In this document: positions 18,465 to 27,919 of the stretch, one piece after another | Layout: each line of letters opens with the position of its first letter | Numbering within the stretch: the first letter of the stretch is position 1 | NCBI GenBank assembly: GCA_050248155.1 | Contig: JBFWSW010000005.1 | Span: 17,578 to 81,577, forward strand | Length of the DNA stretch: 64,000 nucleotides | Direction: 5' to 3' | Origin: Ilumatobacteraceae bacterium | GTDB lineage: Bacteria; Actinomycetota; Acidimicrobiia; Acidimicrobiales; Ilumatobacteraceae | Notes under the pieces: generated by a model | Seen by the model: the letters and a program-made list of their open reading frames with translations, nothing else | What the model was told of the DNA's origin: nothing | The model's database searches: none | Position numbers and translations under genes: made by a program

Positions 18465-19322
18465 ATGCAGCCCACGAGCGCGATCCACCACGACGTGCTC
18501 GACCGCGTCGAGCTCGCGCCGAACGTCCACCGATTGACCGTCCGCGCGCCACGGGTGGCGGCGGCCCGCCGCCCGGGCCAGTTCGTCATCGTGCACCTCG
18601 ACGCCGGGGCAGAGCGCATTCCCCTGACCATCGTCGAGAGCGATCCGGTCGAAGGTTCGATCGTGCTCGTCGTACAGGCCGTCGGGAAGAGCACGTCCGA
18701 TCTCGCAGCGCTGCAAGTCGGTGATCGGATCGCCGACGTCGTCGGACCGTTGGGACGTCCGAGCGACCTGATCACGTCGGGTCACGCGGTGTGCGTCGCT
18801 GGTGGCGTCGGCGCAGCGGTGATCTTCCCGATCGCGCAGAGCCTGGCGGACCGAGGGGTGGCTGTCACCACCGTGCTCGGGGCGCGCACCGCGACGTCGG
18901 TGCTGTACGCCGACCGCTTCGCCGCGTGTTCCGACGTCGTCCTCTGCACCGATGACGGCAGCGCCGGGCGTCATGGCGTCGTCACCGACGCCCTCGGCGA
19001 GCTGCTCGTCACCGCGCGGGCTCAGCGAGATATCGACATCGTCTACGCGGCCGGCCCGGTTCCGATGATGCGTGCCGTCGCCCGTGTGACGGAGCCGTTC
19101 GGGGTACGGACGATCGTGTCCTTGAACCCGATCATGGTCGACGGCACCGGGATGTGCGGAGGCTGTCGCGTCACGGTCGGCGGGACGATGAGGTTCGCAT
19201 GTGTCGACGGTCCGGAGTTCGACGCCCACGGAGTGGACTTCGACGAGCTGGCCGATCGTCTCGTGACGTACCGCGAGGCCGAGCACGAGGCTGTCGCGCA
19301 TGCCTGCGGCAGGGTCGGCTGA
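18465..19322 (+). CDS. NfnA/SudB/PyrK-like FAD/NAD-binding iron-sulfur subunit
   Basis: ATG 18465 is preceded by GGAGGAG. The product has the PyrK-like fold pattern RRPGQFVIVHL ... RIPLTI and a C-terminal 2Fe-2S motif DGTGMCGGCRV. Confidence 0.8.
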   Translation: MQPTSAIHHDVLDRVELAPNVHRLTVRAPRVAAARRPGQFVIVHLDAGAERIPLTIVESDPVEGSIVLVVQAVGKSTSDLAALQVGDRIADVVGPLGRPSDLITSGHAVCVAGGVGAAVIFPIAQSLADRGVAVTTVLGARTATSVLYADRFAACSDVVLCTDDGSAGRHGVVTDALGELLVTARAQRDIDIVYAAGPVPMMRAVARVTEPFGVRTIVSLNPIMVDGTGMCGGCRVTVGGTMRFACVDGPEFDAHGVDFDELADRLVTYREAEHEAVAHACGRVG

Positions 19323-20785
19323 TGACTCCGACAGCCGGAGTGCGCATGACCCAGCGCGAGCGTCTCGCGATCGAGCGTCAAGCGATGCCGGCGCGCGACG
19401 CCGGCGATCGGTCGTCGAGCTTCGACGAGGTGAACCTCGGCTTCACCGAACAGCTGGCGCTCGCCGAGGCACGGCGATGCCTCGCGTGCAAGCACCCGAC
19501 GTGTGTCGACGGCTGCCCCGTGGCAGTCGACATCCCGACCTTCGTGCGTCAGATCGAGGAAGGCGACCTGCAAGCCGCTGCGCGCACGCTGTTCCGCGAC
19601 AACGCCCTGCCTGCGGTCACGGGACGGGTGTGCCCGCAGGAGCAGCAGTGCGAGGCCGACTGCGTCCGCGGCCGCAAGGGCGCTCCTGTGGCGATCGGCC
19701 ACCTCGAGCGGTTCGTCGCCGACTGGGCCCGCAGCCACGCCGAGAGCGGACACCTGCAGGACGAGCCGGCCGTCGCGTCGCCTTCCGGCAAACGGGTCGC
19801 GATCATCGGTGCCGGGCCGGGCGGTCTGACCGCGGCGGGAGAGCTCGCCCGCAGGGGCCATGACGTCACGGTGTACGAAGCGCTGCACGTCGCAGGTGGC
19901 GTGCTGTCATACGGCATCCCCGAATTCCGTCTGCCGAACGACATCGTCCAACACGAGGTCCGTCGGCTCGAGTCGATGGGCGTCAGCTTCGAGTGCAACG
20001 TCCTCGTCGGGAGCACCTACACCCTCGACGAGCTGCGCAGCGCCTTCGACGCGGTGTTCGTGTCGGTCGGTGCGGGGCTGCCGACGTTCCTCGGGATCCC
20101 CGGCGAGAACCTGAAGGGCGTGTACTCGGCCAACGAGTACCTCACCCGCGTCAACCTGATGCAAGCGCACACGTTTCCCCGCGCCGACACCCCTGTGCTG
20201 CACGGTGAGCGAGTGGTGGTGATCGGCGGCGGCAACGTCGCGCTCGATGCGGTGCGGACGGCGCGGCGCCTGGGCGCGCGCAGCGCGACCATCGCGTACC
20301 GCCGCAGCCGGGACGACATGCCGGCCCGCGACGAGGAGATCGACCACGCCGAGCAGGAAGGCGTCGACTTCGAGCTCCAGGTCAACCCGATCGCGATCGA
20401 GGGCGATGCCGATCGCTGGGTGACGGGGCTGCGATGCGTCGACACCGTGCTGGGCGAGCCGGACTCGTCGGGCCGGCGGGCACCGGTGCCGATCGAGGGG
20501 TCCGAACGGGTCATCCCCTGCGACACGGTGGTGGTCGCGGTCGGTACCCGCGCCAATCCCGTGCTCACCGCCTCCTCGCCCGATCTCGCGCTCACCGATC
20601 GCGGGTACCTGCGAGCCGATGCGAACGGCATGACCAACCTCCCCGGCGTGTTCGCCGGCGGCGACATCGTCCGTGGCTCGGCCACGGTCATCCTGGCGAT
20701 GGGCGACGGCAAGCGAGTCGCAGCGGCCATCGACGGCTACCTCCACGGCACCGCGGTGGAGGTACGCGGCCGAGACGGCTGCTGA
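19322..20785 (+). CDS. NfnB/GltD-like NADPH-dependent oxidoreductase (glutamate synthase small-chain family)
   Basis: The start overlaps the upstream stop (TGATG). It has Fe-S Cys clusters (CLACKHPTCVDGCPV; RVCPQEQQCEADC) and dinucleotide folds (IIGAGPGGL, VVVIGGGNVALD). Confidence 0.85.
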   Translation: MTPTAGVRMTQRERLAIERQAMPARDAGDRSSSFDEVNLGFTEQLALAEARRCLACKHPTCVDGCPVAVDIPTFVRQIEEGDLQAAARTLFRDNALPAVTGRVCPQEQQCEADCVRGRKGAPVAIGHLERFVADWARSHAESGHLQDEPAVASPSGKRVAIIGAGPGGLTAAGELARRGHDVTVYEALHVAGGVLSYGIPEFRLPNDIVQHEVRRLESMGVSFECNVLVGSTYTLDELRSAFDAVFVSVGAGLPTFLGIPGENLKGVYSANEYLTRVNLMQAHTFPRADTPVLHGERVVVIGGGNVALDAVRTARRLGARSATIAYRRSRDDMPARDEEIDHAEQEGVDFELQVNPIAIEGDADRWVTGLRCVDTVLGEPDSSGRRAPVPIEGSERVIPCDTVVVAVGTRANPVLTASSPDLALTDRGYLRADANGMTNLPGVFAGGDIVRGSATVILAMGDGKRVAAAIDGYLHGTAVEVRGRDGC

Positions 20786-20825
20786 CGGATGGTGCCTCGC
20801 ACCGGCGCGTGCAACGATCTCGGCC

Positions 20826-21425
20826 ATGCGTCTCGGCATCGCGCACCACTTCGGTTGGGCGGTCGCCGTCACGGCGTCGGACGATCACCGGGTCGTCGAC
20901 CGTCGCCGGATCGAGCTGATCGGACCGGACCTGCCACCGGCTCCGGTCCATCACGTGGGCGGCCCACACGAGCTCCACCGGTCGGGTCCGCCGCTCGACG
21001 ACGACGCGCTCGCGACGCTCGTGGCGCAGGTGCGCGCATCGGTGCAGCAGGCCACCGCGCTCGCGCTCGACGAGATCGCCGCGGCGGTCGCTCACCCCAT
21101 CCGGTCGCTGTCGCTGCGGGCCTGGCCCGACGACTTTCCCACCGACATCGCCGTCGTGCGCACGGCGCCGTACGAGAGCCGGGCCGACTCGGTGATGTAC
21201 CTGCAGGCACTGGCCGACGCCGCCCGCGAACGTGGCTGGATGGTGCACACCTACGACGCCGGTCGCGTCGAGGGCGAGGCCACGCACATCCTGGGTCCAC
21301 GTGCCGCCGACGTGTTGACCGGACCGCGCGCGACGCTCGGACCGCCCTGGACCAAGGACCACCGCATCGCCCTGGCGGCGACGGTGGTCGCCGGACATCG
21401 CGCGCCTGGGGTGCCGGAGACCTGA
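20826..21425 (+). CDS. Hypothetical protein (199 aa) embedded in the nfn-ygeW operon
   Basis: Internal ATG of track ORF 20673..21425. No motif was recognised. The product has protein-like composition and same-strand tight spacing. Confidence 0.5.
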   Translation: MRLGIAHHFGWAVAVTASDDHRVVDRRRIELIGPDLPPAPVHHVGGPHELHRSGPPLDDDALATLVAQVRASVQQATALALDEIAAAVAHPIRSLSLRAWPDDFPTDIAVVRTAPYESRADSVMYLQALADAARERGWMVHTYDAGRVEGEATHILGPRAADVLTGPRATLGPPWTKDHRIALAATVVAGHRAPGVPET

Positions 21426-21447
21426 CGGGTCGCGCCGCGCGAGATCA

Positions 21448-22647
21448 GTGCAGGCTCAGGGCCGTACGCCTCTAGTCGCGACGAGCGACCCGAGGCACGC
21501 TCGTGGAGTGGACGATCTCGATCCGGCGCGGCTGCAACGGCTTTCCGGGCGCAGCCTGCTCACGACCCACGACTGGTCGACGGACGATCTGGACACCCTG
21601 CTCACGATCGCTCGCCGGCTCGAGCAGCTCGATCGGGCTGCGGCCTGTCCCGAACTGCTGCGCGGTGAGCTCGCCTACGCGATGTTCTTCGACAACTCGA
21701 CACGCACGAAGTCGGCCTGGGCCGGAGCAGCGGCGCGTCTCGGCATGCACCCGCTGATCGTCGACGGCTCGTCGACGCAAGTCGCACACGGCGAGACGGC
21801 CGAGGAGACCGGGGCGATGCTCGGCATGAACGCACACGCGCTCGGTGTCCGCCACGACCTCATCCTCGGCGAAGGCAACATCTTCATGCGCGACGTGCAA
21901 CGCGGCATCGACACGTACCTGACAGCCACCGGCGATCAGCGACACGTGCCGGTCGTGAACCTGCAGTGCGACGTCGATCATCCGACGCAATCGCTGGCCG
22001 ACCTGCTGTGGTTGCGGCAGCACTTCGGCGGTTCGATCGAAGGCCGGCGGATCACGATGTCGTGGGGCTACTCGCCGAGCTACGCGAAGCCGTTGTCGGT
22101 GCCGCAAGGGATCGTGTCGCTCCTGACTCGCTTCGGTGCCCACGTCACCCTCGCTCATCCACCCGGCTACGAGCTGCTGGCCGAACCGATGGCGTGGGCG
22201 GCCGAGGGCGCAGCGGCCTCGGGCGGCTCGTTCCGCGTCACGGACGACATGGACGACGCGTTCGTCGGAGCAGAGGCCGTCTATCCGAAGAGCTGGGGCC
22301 CGCAGGGCCTGATGCTCGAGCGAGTGGCGGCCAACCGAGCCGGCGACAGCGCCGCCATGCACGACATCGAGGTGCGGGCACTGGCCCAGAACGCCGAGCA
22401 CCGCTCGTGGATCTGCGACGAGCGGCGGATGGCGATGACCGCGGATGCGCTGTACCTGCACTGCCTGCCGGCCGACATCGGCGCAGAGGTGACGCCGGCC
22501 GTGATGGACCGGTTCCGCGTGGCCGTCGGCCGCGAGGCGAACAAGAAGGTGTACGTGATCATGGCGCTGCTCGCGGCTGCGAAGGTGCACGACCTCGCCG
22601 GTGCACTCGCCGGACCGCAGATGGCCGACACGAACGGAGGTACGTGA
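21448..22647 (+). CDS. ygeW: YgeW-type knotted carbamoyltransferase
   Basis: Contains FFDNSTRTK and VVNLQCDVDHPTQSLADLLWLRQHFG ... YSPSYAKPLSVPQGI ... LYLHCLPADI. These colinear blocks match the E. coli YgeW sequence as I recall it. The exact start is uncertain. Confidence 0.85.
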   Translation: MQAQGRTPLVATSDPRHARGVDDLDPARLQRLSGRSLLTTHDWSTDDLDTLLTIARRLEQLDRAAACPELLRGELAYAMFFDNSTRTKSAWAGAAARLGMHPLIVDGSSTQVAHGETAEETGAMLGMNAHALGVRHDLILGEGNIFMRDVQRGIDTYLTATGDQRHVPVVNLQCDVDHPTQSLADLLWLRQHFGGSIEGRRITMSWGYSPSYAKPLSVPQGIVSLLTRFGAHVTLAHPPGYELLAEPMAWAAEGAAASGGSFRVTDDMDDAFVGAEAVYPKSWGPQGLMLERVAANRAGDSAAMHDIEVRALAQNAEHRSWICDERRMAMTADALYLHCLPADIGAEVTPAVMDRFRVAVGREANKKVYVIMALLAAAKVHDLAGALAGPQMADTNGGT

Positions 22648-24242
22648 TGACGGAGACGAAGGAGCTCGACGCGACCGCGGGAGAGACCGAGCTCGACCTC
22701 GATCGGCGAGTCGTCGAGCTGGCCGAGCGCTACCTGCCACTGGCGGTCGGCATCCTTCGCGAGGCGATCCGCATCCCGGCCGACGACGTCGACCGACCGA
22801 TCGACGAGGGCGGAGATCCCCGAGCCGGGCTGTCGAACCACGAGGGTCGCCGGCTCAGGTTCCTGCGCGACACCATCGTCGACATCGAGGCCGTGCGTCA
22901 CGCGGACGACGTGTGGTTCGACGACTTCGGCAACCTCGTGTGGGTCGTGCGCGACCCGTTCGACGGTGTGCCGCCAGAACATCAGCGCGTCATCTACTTC
23001 GACGGGCACTGCGACACCGTGCAAGCCTTGCGCGCGCAGTGGCACGACAAGTTCGGCGACGCCCTCGATCCCTACGACGGGCTGCTGGACCGGTCACTGC
23101 TCGACCTCGACGTACTGCGCGGCGAGCTCGGCCACATCCCACCGGTCGACGAGTGGGATCACCTCGTGTTCGGACGAGGCGCGGCGGACCAACTCGCTGG
23201 TGTGGTGGCCCAGATCATCGCGACCAAGATCATGCTCGAGCTCATCGACGCCGGCGCGCTGCGCGGATGCATCGTGCGCGCGTACGCGACCGCCGCCGAG
23301 GAGGACAACGACGGCGGTGGCCCGCGTCACGTGATGGCCGACGAGCTGCCGGGTGCCGGCGCCGAGCTCGTCCCCGACGTCGTGGTTCTGACCGAGGGCA
23401 CCGGCGACGCCGTCAAGGGTGCCCTCGGCATCTACCGCGGCCAGCGCGGACGCATGCAGATCGAGGTCACCGTCGTCGGCCGGTCGTGCCACGGTTCGAT
23501 GCCGTTCGAGGGACTCAACCCGCTCGAGCACGGTGCGGCGATCATCGCCGAGGCGGCACGGCGCCACGTCGAGGGCAATGACTTCGCCGATCACGCGGTC
23601 CTCGGTCGCGGCACACGGACTGCGTCGTGGGCAGTGCTCGACACGCCCAGCGACTGCGCAGTGCCAGACCGCTTCGTCTTCCGGTTCGACCGCCGCCTCA
23701 CGATCGGCGAGACTCCCGAGCAGGCGCTTGCCGACATCGAGTCGCTCGACGCGGTGGCCGCAGCACGAGCCGCCGGCCTGTCCGTCTCGGTCGCCGCACC
23801 TCGGTACACGCAACCGACCTGGCGCGGCCATCCCGTCGACAACGCGCAGATCTACCCGACGTGGATCACCCCCGAGGACCACCCGGCCATCCGAGCAGCG
23901 GTCGACGCGTATCGCCGCGTCGTGACACCACAGGTGACCGAACCGACCGGCGGTGCGAGCGGTGGTGCTCTCCGGAGGGAGCCGCGGGTCGACACGTGGA
24001 TCTTCTCGACCGACGGCGTCGGGTTCCCCATCGCGATCGACGACGAGACCATCGAGATCGGCCCCGAGAAGCACTGGGTGACCTCCGGCGCCCTGCGGCA
24101 CCCCGCGATGTTCGGCATCGGCGCCGGCATCGAGCAGAACACGCACCGCATCGGTGAGTGCGTCGACGCGCGCGAGCTGCAGCACGCCATCGCCGTGCTC
24201 GCCCGCTTCCCGCGCTCGTTCGTGACGGCCGCCGGAGGCTGA
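22647..24242 (+). CDS. ygeY: YgeY-family M20 peptidase/hydrolase
   Basis: ATG 22647 overlaps the ygeW stop (GTGATGA). Blocks IYRGQRGRMQIEVTVVGRSCHGS, CAVPDRFVFRFDRRLTIGET, YPTW and FSTDG match the YgeY family. Confidence 0.8.
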   Translation: MTETKELDATAGETELDLDRRVVELAERYLPLAVGILREAIRIPADDVDRPIDEGGDPRAGLSNHEGRRLRFLRDTIVDIEAVRHADDVWFDDFGNLVWVVRDPFDGVPPEHQRVIYFDGHCDTVQALRAQWHDKFGDALDPYDGLLDRSLLDLDVLRGELGHIPPVDEWDHLVFGRGAADQLAGVVAQIIATKIMLELIDAGALRGCIVRAYATAAEEDNDGGGPRHVMADELPGAGAELVPDVVVLTEGTGDAVKGALGIYRGQRGRMQIEVTVVGRSCHGSMPFEGLNPLEHGAAIIAEAARRHVEGNDFADHAVLGRGTRTASWAVLDTPSDCAVPDRFVFRFDRRLTIGETPEQALADIESLDAVAAARAAGLSVSVAAPRYTQPTWRGHPVDNAQIYPTWITPEDHPAIRAAVDAYRRVVTPQVTEPTGGASGGALRREPRVDTWIFSTDGVGFPIAIDDETIEIGPEKHWVTSGALRHPAMFGIGAGIEQNTHRIGECVDARELQHAIAVLARFPRSFVTAAGG

Positions 24243-24245
24243 TCC

Positions 24246-25154
24246 GTGCGCCTGGTCGTCGCGCTCGGGGGCAACGCACTGCTCCGCAGAGGTCAGCGGC
24301 CCGACGCCGAGCCCCAACGCCGGAACGTGGCCTGTGCCGTGGCGGCCTTGGCACCGCTCGCCGCCGAGCACGAGCTGGTCGTCACGCACGGCAACGGGCC
24401 CCAGGTCGGCGTGCTGGCGATGGAGTCGGAGACCGACCCGGCGCTCAGCCGCCCGTTCCCGCTCGACCATCTTGGCGCCGAGACGCAAGGGCTCATCGGC
24501 TACTGGCTGACCCAGGGCCTGGGCAACGCGTTGCCCGAGCGTCAGGTCGCCGCGGTGCTCACACGATGCGTCGTCGATGCGAACGATCCGGCGTTCGGCC
24601 GGCCCACCAAGTTCGTCGGTCCGACCTATGACGAGACGACGGCGTACCGCCTCGCCACCGAGCGCGCCTGGGTGGTCGCCCCGGACGGCGGATCGTGGCG
24701 TCGCGTCGTGGCGTCTCCCGAACCGGTGCGTGTGGTCGAGGTGGAGGTCCTGCGACGCCTCGTGGACGCGGGCGTGCTCGTGATCTGCGGAGGAGGTGGT
24801 GGCGTGCCGGTCGTCGAGACCGCGAGCGGCACGCTCGACGGGGTCGAGGCGGTGATCGACAAGGACCTCACCGCGGCCCTGCTCGCCGAAGCCATGGACG
24901 CCGACGCCTTGGTGCTGCTCACCGACGTGGAGGGTGTCGAGCGCGACTTCGGCCGCCCGGGCTCGGAGCTGATCCGCACCGCCCGGCCCGAGGATCTCCG
25001 CAGCCTGCAGTTTGCCGCCGGTTCGATGGGCCCGAAGGTCGACGCGGCGTGCCGGTTCGTGGAGCGGACGGGCAAGGTGGCGGCGATCGGATCGCTGACC
25101 GACGCCGAAGCCGTGGTGGCCGGCAGGTCGGGCACCCGCATCGCCGAGCGGTGA
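24246..25154 (+). CDS. arcC: Carbamate kinase
   Basis: Contains MRLVVALGGNALL ... VVTHGNGPQVG and C-terminal AAGSMGPKV. It starts 3 nt after the ygeY stop. Confidence 0.9.
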   Translation: MRLVVALGGNALLRRGQRPDAEPQRRNVACAVAALAPLAAEHELVVTHGNGPQVGVLAMESETDPALSRPFPLDHLGAETQGLIGYWLTQGLGNALPERQVAAVLTRCVVDANDPAFGRPTKFVGPTYDETTAYRLATERAWVVAPDGGSWRRVVASPEPVRVVEVEVLRRLVDAGVLVICGGGGGVPVVETASGTLDGVEAVIDKDLTAALLAEAMDADALVLLTDVEGVERDFGRPGSELIRTARPEDLRSLQFAAGSMGPKVDAACRFVERTGKVAAIGSLTDAEAVVAGRSGTRIAER

Positions 25155-25220
25155 TGGGGGTTGGTGAGGCCGAGCGGTGATGCGGAATAGCGCGTCGCTC
25201 TGGGGCGTTCGACGCTCATC

Positions 25221-25646
25221 GTGACACTGACCGCTGATCTTCCCGACGATCGCCGCGCCCACGTCGACGGTCGCCTGCGGACCAACTTGATGGCGTGGCT
25301 CACGACCGTCAGGCCGTCCGGTCGCCCCGACACCGTCCCCGTCTGGTTCCTGCTCCGCGACGACGACACGATCATCGTCTTCAGCCAGCCCGGCAAGGCC
25401 AAGCTGCGCAACATCGAGACCAACCCGCATGTCGCGCTCGGCCTCGACGTCACCGACATCGGACGCGACATCATCCGCGTCGAGGGCACCGCGGCGCACG
25501 TGCCCAGCCATCCCCGCGCCGACGAGATCCCCGAGTACGTGTCGAAGTACACCGAGCGCATCGGAGCGATCTTCGGCACCGCCGAGCGATTCGGCCAGTT
25601 GTTCTCGGAGGCGATCGTCATCACGCCGGACCGCCTGCACGCGTGA
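25221..25646 (+). CDS. PPOX-class (F420/FMN-dependent) pyridoxamine 5'-phosphate oxidase family protein
   Basis: 141 aa. The block WLTTVRPSGRPDTVPVWFL ... NPHVALGLD is typical of the split-barrel family. Confidence 0.7.
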   Translation: MTLTADLPDDRRAHVDGRLRTNLMAWLTTVRPSGRPDTVPVWFLLRDDDTIIVFSQPGKAKLRNIETNPHVALGLDVTDIGRDIIRVEGTAAHVPSHPRADEIPEYVSKYTERIGAIFGTAERFGQLFSEAIVITPDRLHA

Positions 25647-25710
25647 CGAAGCCACCTGGCACCCGGTTCGGCTGACTCCTCGATCAGCTCGGCTGGCTGA
25701 CTCGGCAGCC

Positions 25711-26922
25711 ATGCCGACTGATGCCGCGGCCAGTCGCATCACCCGCAACGGTGTTTGTACGGTCGCTTCCGTGCCCGATCTCACCCCCGCACTCGACGCG
25801 TTCCTGTCCCGCTCCGACGTGACCACCCCCTACGTCGTCGTCGACCTCGACGTCGTGCAGCAGCGCTACGAGCAGCTGGCTGCCGCCGTCCCTGCAGCGA
25901 CGATCTTCTACGCGGTGAAGGCCAACCCGGCGCTCCCGATTCTGGAGCGGCTCGTGTCGGCCGGTTCGTCGTTCGACGTGGCGAGCCCCGCCGAGATCGA
26001 TCGTTGCCTCGAAGCCGGAGCGTCCCCGGGGCAGATCTCGTACGGCAACACGATCAAGAAGCGCCGCGATGTCGCCTATGCGGCCTCGTGCGGCGTGCAG
26101 CGCTTCACGGTCGATGCCGAGCCCGAGCTCGACAAGCTGATCGACGTCGCGCCGGGGTCCGAGGTGTGCATCCGGTTGCGGCACGACTGCGGTGGGGCCG
26201 ACTGGCCACTGTCGCGCAAGTTCGGCTGCGAACCCGCCGACGTCGTTCGGCTGATGCGCCTCGCTCACGAGGCCGGCATGCGGCTCGGCGTCTCGTTCCA
26301 CGTCGGATCGCAGCAACGCGACCTGTCGGCCTGGGACAGCGCGCTCGAGGTGGTGGCGATGATCGCCGCCCGTGCCGCGGCACACGGTGCACATCTCACC
26401 TTCCTCAACCTGGGCGGCGGGTTCCCGGGCGGCTATGCCGAGCCGACACCGGCGATCGCCGCGTACGGCACGGCGGTGCGGGACGCGCTGGCGCGATGGT
26501 TCCCCGACGGCGCGCCCGAGCTGATGATCGAGCCGGGGCGCTACCTCGTCGCCGATGCAGGGGTGCTGCGCACCGAGGTCGTGCTCGTCTCGCGCCGTTC
26601 GCCCGACGACGACGACCGCTGGGTGTATCTCGACTGCGGCAAGTTCCACGGGCTCGCCGAGACGATGGACGAGGCGATCCGCTACCGAATCCGCACGTCG
26701 CACGACGGCACGCCGACGGGTCCTGCGGCGATCGCCGGCCCGACGTGCGACTCGGCCGACGTGCTGTACGAGAAGAACCCGTACCAGCTGCCGCTCGCGC
26801 TCGCCGAGGGCGACCAGGTCGACTTCCTCGCCGCAGGCGCCTACACGACGACCTACAGCAGCGTCGGGTTCAACGGGTTCGCGCCGCTCGCCGAGCACTG
26901 CGTCTCGGCCTCGATGTCGTGA
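25711..26922 (+). CDS. Type III PLP-dependent decarboxylase (ornithine/lysine/DAP decarboxylase family)
   Basis: Contains FYAVKANP (PLP lysine), GGGFPG and GPTCDSADV. The start was set at ATG 25711 inside track ORF 25429..26922. Confidence 0.85.
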   Translation: MPTDAAASRITRNGVCTVASVPDLTPALDAFLSRSDVTTPYVVVDLDVVQQRYEQLAAAVPAATIFYAVKANPALPILERLVSAGSSFDVASPAEIDRCLEAGASPGQISYGNTIKKRRDVAYAASCGVQRFTVDAEPELDKLIDVAPGSEVCIRLRHDCGGADWPLSRKFGCEPADVVRLMRLAHEAGMRLGVSFHVGSQQRDLSAWDSALEVVAMIAARAAAHGAHLTFLNLGGGFPGGYAEPTPAIAAYGTAVRDALARWFPDGAPELMIEPGRYLVADAGVLRTEVVLVSRRSPDDDDRWVYLDCGKFHGLAETMDEAIRYRIRTSHDGTPTGPAAIAGPTCDSADVLYEKNPYQLPLALAEGDQVDFLAAGAYTTTYSSVGFNGFAPLAEHCVSASMS

Positions 26923-26989
26923 TCGGCGGCGCGGCGCCGCGTTCGCAGCTGGCTGGCCCGACCCCGGCGTCCTGCGGCAGGATGGTGGC

Positions 26990-27886
26990 GTGATCGCACG
27001 CGTGCCTCGAACCACCGAGCAACCCGTGGTCGTGGTCGGCGAGTTCGACGGGTTCCACATCGGCCATCGCCAGCTGGTCCACCAGGCGGGGGTTCTGGCC
27101 CAGCGTCTCCGGCGACCTCTCGTCGCGACGATCCTCGTGGCCGAACTGCCCGACGGCATGTTGACGACCGTGGAAGAGCGGTGCTGGGCGCTGCTCGCGT
27201 CGGGCGCCTCCCAAGTGCAGGCGATGTCGGTCACGACGACCGGTGAGGCCGACGCAGGCTCATCCGTCGCCGACGAGCTGATCGCGCGCCTCGATCCGGC
27301 ATGCGTCGTGATGGCGTGCCTCCCGTTCGACGCTCCGTCAGCCCGGCATCCCTCGCTCCGTGCCGGGTTCGCCCGGCACGCGGTCGAGATGGTCGAGATG
27401 CCGAGGTGGAACGATCCCGACGGCCAGTACGTCACGAGCGCGCGCATTCGCGATGCGCTGCGTCGCGGCGACATCGTCGCCGCGAACGACTGGATGGGCC
27501 GCACGTTCACCCTCACCGGGACCGTCGTGCACGGCAGTGCGCTCGGACGAACGATCGGGTTCGCCACTGCCAACCTCGATCTGCCTCCGCACCGAGTGGT
27601 CCCGATGAACGGGGTGTACGCCGGGATCGTCGGTCTGCCCAACGGGGCACGGCACCGGGCCGCGATCAACATCGGTGTGCGACCGACGGTCGAGACGGAC
27701 GGGGCCGTACTGGTCGAAGCGCATCTGCTCGACTTCGACGACGACCTCTATGGCGCCACCATCGACGTGAGCTTCACCCGCTGGTTGCGCCACGAGCAGC
27801 GCTTCGATTCCCTCGACGCGCTGGTGGCGCAGCTCGCCCTCGACGTCGACCGGACCCGCCTGCTGCTGCGCGGTTCGATCGAGTAA
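26990..27886 (+). CDS. ribF: Bifunctional riboflavin kinase / FMN adenylyltransferase
   Basis: Starts at GTG 26990. Contains VVGEFDGFHIGHRQL, GRTIGFATANL and EAHLLDFDDDLYG. Confidence 0.85.
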   Translation: MIARVPRTTEQPVVVVGEFDGFHIGHRQLVHQAGVLAQRLRRPLVATILVAELPDGMLTTVEERCWALLASGASQVQAMSVTTTGEADAGSSVADELIARLDPACVVMACLPFDAPSARHPSLRAGFARHAVEMVEMPRWNDPDGQYVTSARIRDALRRGDIVAANDWMGRTFTLTGTVVHGSALGRTIGFATANLDLPPHRVVPMNGVYAGIVGLPNGARHRAAINIGVRPTVETDGAVLVEAHLLDFDDDLYGATIDVSFTRWLRHEQRFDSLDALVAQLALDVDRTRLLLRGSIE

Positions 27887-27919
27887 TCGCGCTCCGCCAC
27901 GATCACGGTGGCCGTCGCG

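Noticed and set aside
23094-25826. 910-aa minus-strand ORF; similarly 25684..27672, 44125..45837, 48203..49231 and 61252..62757
   Set aside because: It lies opposite strongly motif-supported genes (ygeY, arcC, decarboxylase, miaB, propeller protein, amt). The translations are low-complexity and Arg-rich.
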